Source of the DNA: Candidatus Methylomirabilis limnetica
GTDB taxonomy: Bacteria > Methylomirabilota > Methylomirabilia > Methylomirabilales > Methylomirabilaceae
Direction: 5' to 3'
NCBI RefSeq assembly: GCF_003044035.1
Contig: NZ_NVQC01000020.1
Span: forward strand, 30,001 to 62,000
DNA length: 32,000 nucleotides
The translations under genes and the position numbers were made by a program. This document shows, piece after piece, positions 6,618 to 14,442 of this stretch. The notes under the pieces were generated by a model. That model was not told where the DNA came from, did no database searches, and saw only the letters and a program-made list of their open reading frames with translations. Each line of letters starts with the position of its first letter. Position 1 is the stretch's first letter.

Positions 6618-7685
6618 ATGAGGCGTGAGGGGGAAGATGTGAAAGGCGTGCAATCGGGCGGTGTGACGGAGCGGGTGCGGCAGATCGGCGAACGGGTGCT
6701 TGCCGGAGATACGGTGACGTTCGAGGAGGCCGTCGAGCTCTTCGAGCGCTCCGATTACGACGTTCATGAACTGTTCCACGTGGCCAATCGTCTCCGGCTT
6801 AATCAGTTCGGGAACCGGATCCATCTCTGCGGCATTATCAACGCCAAGAGCGGCCTCTGTCTGGAGGACTGTAGCTTTTGTAGCCAGTCCGCTCACCACG
6901 CTACCCAGATCCCGAGGTATGGTGTAGTATCCCCAGACGAGATGGTCCAAGCTGCCAGAAAGGTCAGGGAGCACGGCGCCTCCGCGCTTGGGGTCGTCAC
7001 CGCGGATCGCGGCTACACCGCCGCGTCAGCGGATTTTCGTCAGCTTGTCGAGGGGATCCAGGCTATTGCGCAGGACGGCCTGGTAGAGGGTCACGCCTCC
7101 CTCGGAATCATGGGTGACGAGGAGTTTCGACAGCTCAAGGTGGCAGGTCTCACCACGTTCAATCACAACTTGGAGACCGGCCGCTCCTTCTTTCCGAAGG
7201 TCTGTACGACCCACACCTATGACGAGCGTGTGAGCACCGTCAAGGCCGCCAAGGCTGCCGGGATCAGGGTCTGTAGCGGCGGGGTCATCGGGATGGGGGA
7301 GAAGCCGGTGCATCGCGCCGAGCTCGCCTTCGCCCTCAAGGAGCTGGACGTAGACGAGGTCCCCCTGAACTTCCTGATCTCTGTGGAAGGGACCCGATTG
7401 GAGAAGGCCACCCCGCTCTCACCGCTCGAAATGCTGAAGGTGATCGCACTCTTCCGCTGGATCCTCCCGACCAAGAACATCTTTATCTGCGCCGGCAGAG
7501 CGCATCTGGGCGAACTGCAATCGATGATCTTTTTCGCCGGCGCGAGCGGAATGATGGTCGGCGACTTCCTCACGACCAAGAACCGAAGCGTGAGCGACGA
7601 TCTCAAGATGCTTCATGGTTTGGGGCTTGAGTTCGGCGAATCCTTGCTCGCCCTGGAACGCCAGGCCGCGACTGCCGCCATCTAA
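6618..7685 (+). CDS. bioB: Biotin synthase (radical SAM)
   Basis: Track ORF of 355 aa with the CxxxCxxC cluster CLEDCSFCSQS and otherwise typical BioB sequence. The start could instead be the in-frame GTG at 6639, just after GAGGGGGAAG. Confidence 0.85.
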   Translation: MRREGEDVKGVQSGGVTERVRQIGERVLAGDTVTFEEAVELFERSDYDVHELFHVANRLRLNQFGNRIHLCGIINAKSGLCLEDCSFCSQSAHHATQIPRYGVVSPDEMVQAARKVREHGASALGVVTADRGYTAASADFRQLVEGIQAIAQDGLVEGHASLGIMGDEEFRQLKVAGLTTFNHNLETGRSFFPKVCTTHTYDERVSTVKAAKAAGIRVCSGGVIGMGEKPVHRAELAFALKELDVDEVPLNFLISVEGTRLEKATPLSPLEMLKVIALFRWILPTKNIFICAGRAHLGELQSMIFFAGASGMMVGDFLTTKNRSVSDDLKMLHGLGLEFGESLLALERQAATAAI

Positions 7686-7716
7686 CTCGCGCGATCCCCA
7701 TGCGCATGAACGTCTG

Positions 7717-7812
7717 ACCCCCTCACCTTTGTCCTCTCCACCCGGTGAGGGGAGAGGAGTTTTTCTTGTTGCCCCTCGCCCCTTTGGGGGAGAGGGTGCG
7801 GGTGAGGGGGTT
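7717..7812. repeat. C/G-rich composite palindromic element in the bioB-bioA spacer (terminator-like)
   Basis: CCCCCTCACC (7717-7726) is complementary to GGTGAGGGG (7744-7752) and to GGTGAGGGGG (7801-7810). CCTCTCC (7733-7739) is complementary to GGAGAGG (7751-7757 and 7788-7794). T-runs follow both G-rich halves. Confidence 0.55.
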
Positions 7813-7821
7813 TTCGAATCC

Positions 7822-9165
7822 ATGGCCTCTCGCAGTCATCGGCTCCGGCAGGACGACAAACGATACGTGTGGCACCCGTTCACCCAGATGCAGAGCTGGT
7901 TGCATGAGTGCCACCCGATCATCGAGCATGGCAAGGGAAGCACCCTCATCGATGTGGACGGGCGCCGTTACCTGGACGGGATCTCCTCGCTCTGGGTGAC
8001 CGTCCACGGCCACCGTAAGGGGGCGATCGATCGAGCCATTCGCGCCCAACTTGGCAAGATCGCCCACACCACCTTCCTGGGCCTGTCTCATCCGCTCGCC
8101 ATTGAACTGGCTAAGGCGCTCGTCCGGATCACCCCGCAGGGACTCGCCAAGGTCTTTTACTCCGACAACGGCTCGACCGCCGTCGAGATCGCGCTTAAGA
8201 TGGCGTTTCAGTACTGGCAGCAGCGGGGCGGGGCTTTTGCCCGCAAGAGGAGGTTCATCGCCTTGGAAGAGGCGTATCACGGGGACACACTGGGCGCGGT
8301 CAGCGTCGGCGGCATCGATCTGTTCCACCAGCTCTACCGGCCGCTCCTCTTTCCGATCTGGAGGGTCCCGTCGCCATACCGGGCGCCGTGGGATCGCTCC
8401 AGACGGCTTGATCCGCTGAAACGATTGGAGTCTCTTCTGAAGCGACACCACGATCAGGTGGCCGGCCTGATCGTAGAGCCGCTGATGCAGGCCGCGGCCG
8501 GGATGCTGCCCTCACCGCCGGGCTTCCTCAAAGCCGTGCGATCGCTCTGCTCGCAGTACGACGTTCTCCTGATCCTGGATGAGGTCGCCACCGGCTTTGG
8601 CCGAACCGGGACGATGTTTGCCTGTGAGCAGGAGGGGGTGGCGCCCGACCTACTCTGCCTGGCGAAAGGGCTTACCGGCGGCTACTTGCCACTGGCCGCG
8701 ACGCTGGCGACACAGCAGATCTTTGACGGCTTCTGCGCCCCATATGAGGAGAAGAAGGCCTTCTTTCATGGGCATAGCTACACCGCCAACCCGCTGGCCT
8801 GCGCCGCCGCCCTCGCGAACCTCCAGTGTTTTCAGCGAGAGCAGACCTTGAGGCGCCTGCAGCCCAAGATCGCCTTGCTCCGTCGAGAACTTGAGGCGCT
8901 CCGGTCGCTGCCTCACGTGGGCGACATCCGACAGGTGGGGTTTATGGTTGGGATTGAGATGATGCGTGACCCGGCCCGGGGGGAGCCATACCCATACGAG
9001 GCCAAGACCGGGATTCGGACGATCCTGGAGGCGCGACGACGGGGGCTGATCATCCGGCCGCTGGGCGATGTCATCGTCCTGATGCCGCCCCTCTCGATCT
9101 CTCAGAGGGACATTGTCAGGATGGTTCGAATTGTCGGCGACTCTATCACCGCTGCAACGGAGTAA
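7822..9165 (+). CDS. bioA: Adenosylmethionine-8-amino-7-oxononanoate aminotransferase
   Basis: Track ORF 7615-9165. The first 69 codons translate the palindromic spacer. The ATG at 7822 gives MASRSHRLRQDDKRYVWHPFTQMQ, a typical BioA N-terminus, followed by class-III aminotransferase motifs (DEVATGFGRTG, LAKGLTGGYLP). Confidence 0.85.
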   Translation: MASRSHRLRQDDKRYVWHPFTQMQSWLHECHPIIEHGKGSTLIDVDGRRYLDGISSLWVTVHGHRKGAIDRAIRAQLGKIAHTTFLGLSHPLAIELAKALVRITPQGLAKVFYSDNGSTAVEIALKMAFQYWQQRGGAFARKRRFIALEEAYHGDTLGAVSVGGIDLFHQLYRPLLFPIWRVPSPYRAPWDRSRRLDPLKRLESLLKRHHDQVAGLIVEPLMQAAAGMLPSPPGFLKAVRSLCSQYDVLLILDEVATGFGRTGTMFACEQEGVAPDLLCLAKGLTGGYLPLAATLATQQIFDGFCAPYEEKKAFFHGHSYTANPLACAAALANLQCFQREQTLRRLQPKIALLRRELEALRSLPHVGDIRQVGFMVGIEMMRDPARGEPYPYEAKTGIRTILEARRRGLIIRPLGDVIVLMPPLSISQRDIVRMVRIVGDSITAATE

Positions 9166-9214
9166 TATCCCATGTGCCTGCGACGCGCCCATGGGGATGA
9201 AAGCTTGCCTTCCG

Positions 9215-9267
9215 CACCCCCTCCCCAACCCTCCCCCCTCGGAGGGGGAGGGGACAGGTGGGGGGGA
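9215..9267. repeat. C/G-rich palindromic element in the bioA-bioD spacer, same type as 7717-7812
   Basis: CCCCTCCCC (9218-9226) is complementary to GGGGAGGGG (9245-9253), with inner CTCC/GGAG. The block order is the same as in the bioB-bioA element (CCCCCTCnCC...CCTCnCC...GGnGAGGGGAG). Confidence 0.5.
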
Positions 9268-9278
9268 CTTTCTGGCCG

Positions 9279-10022
9279 ATGAAAGCCGAGAGACGCACAG
9301 GTCTGTTTGTCGCCGGGACCGATACCGGCGTTGGGAAGACGCTGATCACGGCCGGGCTGAGCCATGCCCTGCGGATCCTGGGGATTGATGTTGGGGTGAT
9401 GAAGCCGGTCGAGACCGGCTGCCCCACCAAGGCTGGGAGGCTGCGACCGCTGGACGCCTTGACACTTCGTGAGGCCGCAGGATCGCGGGACGCCATCGAT
9501 CTGATCAATCCATATCGTTTTCATGAGCCCCTTGCTCCGATGGTCGCGGCCGAGCGGTCCGGGCGATACATCGATGTCGGGCGACTGGAGGAGCGGTTTA
9601 CTCGTTTGGCCGATCGGCATTCGGTGGTCCTGGTCGAAGGCGCCGGCGGCCTGCTGGCTCCCATCACCGAAGAGACATCGTGTCTCGACCTCGCTGTCAG
9701 ACTTCAGCTACCCCTACTCGTCGTGATCGGGTCCAGGCTCGGCGCGCTAAACCATGCCAGACTTACTGTTGAGGCCGCGCTCCATGTCCGCATCCCGGTG
9801 GCAGGAGTATTCCTGAACCATTTTCACGTGGATCGTTCAGCCGCTCGGACGACAAATCTTTCGGCTCTCCGCCGGCTCTTACCCGTACCACTTCTCGGAG
9901 AGATCCCGCATCTCTCCAGCAAGAAGGGTCAGGCTCTCTGGTGCCATCCCATCCTTCAGCGACTTCTGGCGCGATCCCTTCGACAGATTCTTCCGGAGAC
10001 CATCGCTCGGGGTGAGACATGA
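9279..10022 (+). CDS. bioD: Dethiobiotin synthase
   Basis: Track ORF 9258-10022. The ATG at 9279 gives MKAERRTGLFVAGTDTGVGKT (P-loop GTDTxVGKT), then KPVETGC and EGAGG. Confidence 0.85.
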   Translation: MKAERRTGLFVAGTDTGVGKTLITAGLSHALRILGIDVGVMKPVETGCPTKAGRLRPLDALTLREAAGSRDAIDLINPYRFHEPLAPMVAAERSGRYIDVGRLEERFTRLADRHSVVLVEGAGGLLAPITEETSCLDLAVRLQLPLLVVIGSRLGALNHARLTVEAALHVRIPVAGVFLNHFHVDRSAARTTNLSALRRLLPVPLLGEIPHLSSKKGQALWCHPILQRLLARSLRQILPETIARGET

Positions 10023-10675
10023 TGATCAAGCTGAGACCCGCGATACTCATGCTGTCGCTCCTGACCTTGTTGCTGACCTCCTGCGCCACCCCAAGGCAGG
10101 GACCGCGGCCATGGGAAGAGCTGTCGGGCGAGAGAGGTCTGGCATCCTGGTACGGTCGTCCGTACCATGGTCGGCGTACCAGTAATGGCGAGGTCTATGA
10201 TATGTATCAGCTATCGGCGGCTCACCGCGAGATCCCGCTCGGCAGTTGGGTGGAGGTAATCAATCTCAACAATGACCGGTCCCTCACCGTGAGGATCAAC
10301 GATCGGGGGCCGTTCGTGGATGGGCGAATCATCGATCTCTCATACGCTGCAGCCTCATTGCTGGAGGTAACGGGTCCTGGTGTGGTACCGGTCAGGGTTC
10401 GACTTACCCAAACGCCGCAGGGGGACGTGGGCCCTGGGAGGTATTCGGTGCAGGTGAGCTCATTTACAGTAGAATCGAACGCCCTCGCGCTGAAGGCGGA
10501 GCTAGAGCAGAAGATTTCAGGTGTTCGCATGGTGAAAGCTCTGGTAGGTGGAGAGGCGTACTATCGAATCCGGGTCGGGCACTTCACCTCCCGCGCCGAG
10601 GCCCAGACGACGGCGGAGCGGCTTGCTTCACTGGGCCATCGGGTCCTGATAATGGGTTCTGAAGACCGCCCCTGA
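10019..10675 (+). CDS. rlpA: Septal-ring lytic transglycosylase RlpA-family lipoprotein (DPBB plus SPOR domains)
   Basis: Signal peptide with lipobox LLTSC. DPBB motifs ASWYG...HGRRTSNGEVYD...AAHREIPLGSWVEV...VRINDRGPF...IDLSYAAA. SPOR-like C-terminus (YSVQVSSF...YRIRVGHF). ATGA overlap with bioD. Confidence 0.85.
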   Translation: MMIKLRPAILMLSLLTLLLTSCATPRQGPRPWEELSGERGLASWYGRPYHGRRTSNGEVYDMYQLSAAHREIPLGSWVEVINLNNDRSLTVRINDRGPFVDGRIIDLSYAAASLLEVTGPGVVPVRVRLTQTPQGDVGPGRYSVQVSSFTVESNALALKAELEQKISGVRMVKALVGGEAYYRIRVGHFTSRAEAQTTAERLASLGHRVLIMGSEDRP

Positions 10676-10800
10676 GGCGCTGCCTGCACGTCTCGGTCAC
10701 CGACGCGGAAGTCCGGGGCGTTCGCTTGCTGAACACCTCCAAGATCACGATGGCAGCCAATTCTCATAACAGCAAGCAGTGAAGTAAGGCCTGAAGTACC

Positions 10801-10830
10801 TTGACACCTGTCACCCACGCTTCCTATAAT
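10801..10830 (+). promoter_or_regulatory. Sigma70-type promoter upstream of lysS
   Basis: Consensus TTGACA (10801-10806), an 18-nt spacer, then consensus TATAAT (10825-10830). AGGAGG at 10845-10850 precedes the ATG at 10855. Confidence 0.6.
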
Positions 10831-10854
10831 CGGACCAATTCGACAGGAGGTTAG

Positions 10855-12384
10855 ATGAGCGAAGAACATTCGTTAGTAGGCGAGCGGATGCGGAAGCTGG
10901 CGGAGCTTGAAGCGGCCGGCGTTGACCCGTATCCAGCCCGGTTCAGTGCCACGCATCTCGCGGCCGATCTGCACCGGGAGTATGCGGGTCTCTCTGAAGA
11001 GGGGGACGCGGGGGCTCCTCAGGTGTCGATCGCCGGGCGCCTGATGTCCGTACGGGGTCACGGGAAGGCGACATTCGCTCACCTCCAGGACGGTTCCGGG
11101 AGGATTCAGATCTACATCGTACGGGATACCGTCGGTCTCGAGGCATACGACCTCTGCAAGAAGCTGGATGTTGGCGACTACCTGGGGGTGGAAGGCCAGC
11201 TCTTCCGGACGCGGACAGGAGAGCTCACGGTGCGAGCCATGACGGTTCAGCTCCTGTCGAAGTCGTTGCGACCGCTGCCGGAAAAGTGGCATGGACTGAC
11301 TGACGTGGAGACCCGTTTCCGTCAGCGCTATCTGGATCTCATCGTGAACCGCCAGGTCGCGGACGCCTTCAGGACGCGTAGCCGCTTGATCACGGAGATC
11401 CGCCGCTTCCTTGAATCGAGGAGGTTCCTGGAAGTCGAGACCCCCATGATGCAGGCGATGGCAGGTGGCGCCATGGCGCGCCCCTTTGTCACACACCACA
11501 ACGCCCTCGACCTCACGCTGTATCTGAGAATTGCCCCCGAGCTCTATCTGAAGCGGCTCGTAGTGGGAGGGTTCGACCGGGTCTTCGAGATCAACAGGAG
11601 CTTTCGAAATGAGGGGATCTCCACCCAGCATAACCCTGAGTTCACAATGCTGGAGTTCTACCAGGCGTATGCCGATTACCGGGATTTGATGGTGATGACG
11701 GAAGAGCTGTTTGCTCATCTGGCCAAGGAGATCACGGGAGGCCAGGAGGTGATCTATCAGGGGCAGCGGATATCCTTCGCTCCGCCATGGCCGAAGCTTA
11801 CGCTGGAGGAGGCCCTTGTCGAGCTGGCTGGACTTGATGCAGAGGTCCTCGCAACGGAAGACGGCGTGAGCGCGACGGCCAGACGCCATGGGGTGGGCAT
11901 CTCACCGGGTTGGGGCAGGGGGAAGGTGCTGGCGGAGCTGTTCGACGCCCTGGTGGAGCCGAAACTCTTACAGCCCACGTTCATCATCGATTTTCCCACC
12001 GAACTCTCCCCCTTGGCCAAAGCGAAACAAGGGGATCCGACGACGGTTCAGCGGTTTGAGCTGTTCGTTGGCGGGATGGAGATCGCCAATGCCTACTCTG
12101 AGCTGAATGATCCGCGTGAGCAGCGCGCCCGTTTTCTTGACCAGTTACGGCAGCGGGATCAAGGCGATCTGGAGGCCCATGGCCTGGATGAGGATTATCT
12201 GCGTGCATTGGAGTACGGGATGCCTCCGACGGCTGGTGAAGGGATCGGTATCGATCGGCTGGCTATGCTCTTCACCGACTCCGCCTCCATTCGTGATGTC
12301 ATCCTCTTTCCTCTTCTGAAACCCGCCCAAGGCGAACCCTGTCCTGAGTCCTGTCGAAGGGAAGACGGTACCGATGCCGTTTGA
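10855..12384 (+). CDS. lysS: Lysine--tRNA ligase, class II
   Basis: Track ORF of 509 aa with an OB-fold N-domain and class II motifs (FLEVETPMM, FRNEGIS..HNPEFT, GIGIDRLAM). An approximately 20-aa tail follows the usual FPLLKP end and overlaps lolC by 11 nt. Confidence 0.9.
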   Translation: MSEEHSLVGERMRKLAELEAAGVDPYPARFSATHLAADLHREYAGLSEEGDAGAPQVSIAGRLMSVRGHGKATFAHLQDGSGRIQIYIVRDTVGLEAYDLCKKLDVGDYLGVEGQLFRTRTGELTVRAMTVQLLSKSLRPLPEKWHGLTDVETRFRQRYLDLIVNRQVADAFRTRSRLITEIRRFLESRRFLEVETPMMQAMAGGAMARPFVTHHNALDLTLYLRIAPELYLKRLVVGGFDRVFEINRSFRNEGISTQHNPEFTMLEFYQAYADYRDLMVMTEELFAHLAKEITGGQEVIYQGQRISFAPPWPKLTLEEALVELAGLDAEVLATEDGVSATARRHGVGISPGWGRGKVLAELFDALVEPKLLQPTFIIDFPTELSPLAKAKQGDPTTVQRFELFVGGMEIANAYSELNDPREQRARFLDQLRQRDQGDLEAHGLDEDYLRALEYGMPPTAGEGIGIDRLAMLFTDSASIRDVILFPLLKPAQGEPCPESCRREDGTDAV

Positions 12385-13624
12385 ACTGTTCGTGGGGCTT
12401 CGGTATCTGAAGGCGAGGCGAGGGCATGCTTTCATCTCCCTGATCACGCTGATCTCTATCGGTGGCGTTGCCCTTGGCGTTATGGCGCTCATTGTCGTTC
12501 TGGCGGTGATGAGCGGGTTTGAGCGTGACCTTCGAAGTAAGATCCTCGGGACCAATGCCCACCTCTGGATCATACGTCATGGGGATCGAGGGGTGGAGGA
12601 GCCGGCTCAGACGCTTGTGCGGGTTCGCGATGTTCCGCACGTGGTGGCTGTTTCTCCCTTCACCTACCACCAGGTGATGCTGAGCACGGGTCGAGGGGCG
12701 GGCGGGGCGGTCCTTCGTGGCATCGATCTCGACTCCGCGCAGGAGGTCACGGCGCTGACCAGGAGCTTTACCGAGGTCGATCCGGTACGCCTGAAAGGAC
12801 CAACTGAGGGAAGCGGATGGCGTCTTGACCCCGAGGGGATCATCATCGGGCGCGCCCTGGCAACGAATCTCGGAGTGGGTCTCGGCGGGCGGGTGAATGT
12901 TATTTCCCCCTTCGGAAATGTACTGACCCCATTCGGGCTTGCGCCGCGCATGCGAGGTTTTACCGTGGCCGGGATCTTCGAGATGGGAATGTATGAATAC
13001 GACAGCGCCCTCGCCTATATTACTATTGCGACGGCTCAGCAGTTCTTCCAGATGGGACAATCAGTGACAGGGATCGAGGTAAAGGTGGACGATCTGTACA
13101 AGGCAAAGGAGGTGGGGGCGGAGATTCAGCGACGACTTGGGTTCCCGTACGTCGCGCGGGACTGGATGCAGTTGCATCGTAATCTCTTTGCTGCGCTGAA
13201 GCTGGAAAAGATCGCCATGTTTATCATCCTGACGATGATCGTTCTGGTGGCCGCCTTTAACATCGTGAGCACCCTGACCATGAAGGTGATGGATAAGGGG
13301 GCGGAGATTGGCATCTTGAAGTCGATTGGCGCTACCTCCAGGAGCATCATGGCGATCTTCATGGTGGAGGGATTGGTGATTGGACTTGTCGGTACCCTGT
13401 TGGGGACTGCGGGGGGCGCCATTATCTGTAAGCTGCAGGAGACCTATAAAATCGTCAGTCTCCAGGGCGATGTCTATCTGCTGGATTCCCTCCCGATCTT
13501 AATGAAAGGGACCGACATGGTCTTGATCGCCTCCTCGACGCTGGTCCTGAGCTTTCTCGCGACGCTCTATCCTTCCTGGCGGGCGGCCAAGCTTGACCCA
13601 GTCGTCGCGATCCGCTATGAGTGA
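12374..13624 (+). CDS. lolC: Lipoprotein-releasing ABC transporter permease, LolC/LolE family
   Basis: Track ORF of 416 aa: MPFELFVGLRYLKARR..., a MacB-like periplasmic domain, and a FtsX C-terminal domain ending YPSWRAAKLDPVVAIRYE. Confidence 0.85.
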   Translation: MPFELFVGLRYLKARRGHAFISLITLISIGGVALGVMALIVVLAVMSGFERDLRSKILGTNAHLWIIRHGDRGVEEPAQTLVRVRDVPHVVAVSPFTYHQVMLSTGRGAGGAVLRGIDLDSAQEVTALTRSFTEVDPVRLKGPTEGSGWRLDPEGIIIGRALATNLGVGLGGRVNVISPFGNVLTPFGLAPRMRGFTVAGIFEMGMYEYDSALAYITIATAQQFFQMGQSVTGIEVKVDDLYKAKEVGAEIQRRLGFPYVARDWMQLHRNLFAALKLEKIAMFIILTMIVLVAAFNIVSTLTMKVMDKGAEIGILKSIGATSRSIMAIFMVEGLVIGLVGTLLGTAGGAIICKLQETYKIVSLQGDVYLLDSLPILMKGTDMVLIASSTLVLSFLATLYPSWRAAKLDPVVAIRYE

Positions 13625-14336
13625 GTTTATCAGAGCAGATGGCGTCTACAAGTCGTTTCAGATCGACGGTGGACCAGTTGAGGTTCTGAAGGGTGTTGAC
13701 CTCAGTATTGAAAAGGGAGAATTCATTGCAATCGTGGGACCTTCAGGAGCCGGCAAGAGCACGCTCCTGCATCTGCTAGGCGCCCTGGATCGCCCAACCG
13801 AAGGTGAGATTTTCTGTGAGAATGTCAGTCTTGGGCAGATGGACAATGGGCAACTGGCCGACTTTCGCAACCGGACTGTCGGCTTTATCTTTCAGTTCCA
13901 CCATCTACTTCCAGAGTTCACCGCACTGGAGAATGTCATGATGCCGCTCTTAGTGGCGCGCCGGAAGCGGTCACAGGCACGGGAGATCGCCGCGTCTCTG
14001 CTGAGGGATGTGGGGCTCGAGTCCAGACTCTTGCATCGTCCCTCTGAACTTTCCGGCGGAGAGCAGCAACGAGTCGCTATCGCCAGGGCCCTTGGCGCCG
14101 GACCCAAGATCATCCTCGCAGACGAACCGACCGGAAACCTGGATACCAAGACAGGAGATGCGACCTTTGAGCTGCTCCATTGGCTGAATCGAGAACGTGG
14201 CCTCACCTTTGTCATGGTGACGCACAATGAGAAGTTAGCCCATCGATCGGATCGGATCGTGACAATATTGGATGGTAGAATTGTAGAGGAGCCCGTCCGT
14301 CAAGCCCCCGCCAACCATTCGATGATCTCAGGGTAA
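13617..14336 (+). CDS. lolD: Lipoprotein-releasing ABC transporter ATP-binding protein
   Basis: Walker A GPSGAGKST, signature LSGGEQQRVAIARAL, Walker B ILADEPTGNLD. I prefer the ATG at 13617 (MSEFIRADGVYKSF) over the TTG track start at 13593. Confidence 0.85.
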   Translation: MSEFIRADGVYKSFQIDGGPVEVLKGVDLSIEKGEFIAIVGPSGAGKSTLLHLLGALDRPTEGEIFCENVSLGQMDNGQLADFRNRTVGFIFQFHHLLPEFTALENVMMPLLVARRKRSQAREIAASLLRDVGLESRLLHRPSELSGGEQQRVAIARALGAGPKIILADEPTGNLDTKTGDATFELLHWLNRERGLTFVMVTHNEKLAHRSDRIVTILDGRIVEEPVRQAPANHSMISG

Positions 14337-14368
14337 ACGAGAGTTTGCGGGACAGGCCCAGAGAGGGC

Positions 14369-14396
14369 TTGAAATTCTGAAAGGATCGGCTATACT
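14369..14396 (+). promoter_or_regulatory. Sigma70-type promoter upstream of clpC
   Basis: TTGAAA (14369-14374), a 16-nt spacer, then TATACT (14391-14396). GAGGAG precedes the ATG at 14443. Confidence 0.5.
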
Positions 14397-14442
14397 GAAA
14401 ATGCTGGTGGTTCCAGGGTACTGAAGAGAGGGGAGCGAGGAG

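Larger units (their letters stand above)
5878..6621 (+). mobile_element. IS200/IS605-type HUH-Tyr (Y1) transposase, RAYT-like; the 3' tail of the ORF looks chimeric
   Basis: Track ORF of 247 aa: DYDYAQHGAYFITICTRNRERLLG...LDAYVIMPNHVHGII (HUH motif)...PTLGNIVRTFKA...RQRNYHEYIIRDE (Tyr motif)...YIQVNPLLWLYDRENP. Family similarity ends near 6455. Confidence 0.75.

Noticed and set aside
7615-7821. N-terminal extensions implied by the track starts: bioA 7615, bioD 9258, lolD 13593, lpxI 22259, DUF374 25346, lpxL 28390 and heptosyltransferase 29232.
   Set aside because: The extensions either translate palindromic repeats or overlap the preceding gene extensively. In each case an internal ATG gives the canonical family N-terminus, often with an ATGA or TAATG coupling overlap.
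10873-11889. Long antisense ORFs opposite well-supported genes. Examples: 10873-11889(-) 338 aa opposite lysS; 1956-2768(-); 4674-5399(+); 7723-8451(-); 12299-13060(-); 16868-17599(-); 19154-20017(-); 20008-20838(-); 23239-24015(-).
   Set aside because: Their translations are Arg/Pro/Gly-rich low-complexity sequence with no recognisable motifs. Each lies fully inside a gene with strong family signatures on the other strand. These are the shadow ORFs expected in GC-rich DNA.
12325-12384. 20-aa C-terminal extension of LysS overlapping lolC by 11 nt.
   Set aside because: It probably reflects drift of the stop codon in a compact operon. The tail has no motif or repeat, and nothing further can be concluded without comparative data.
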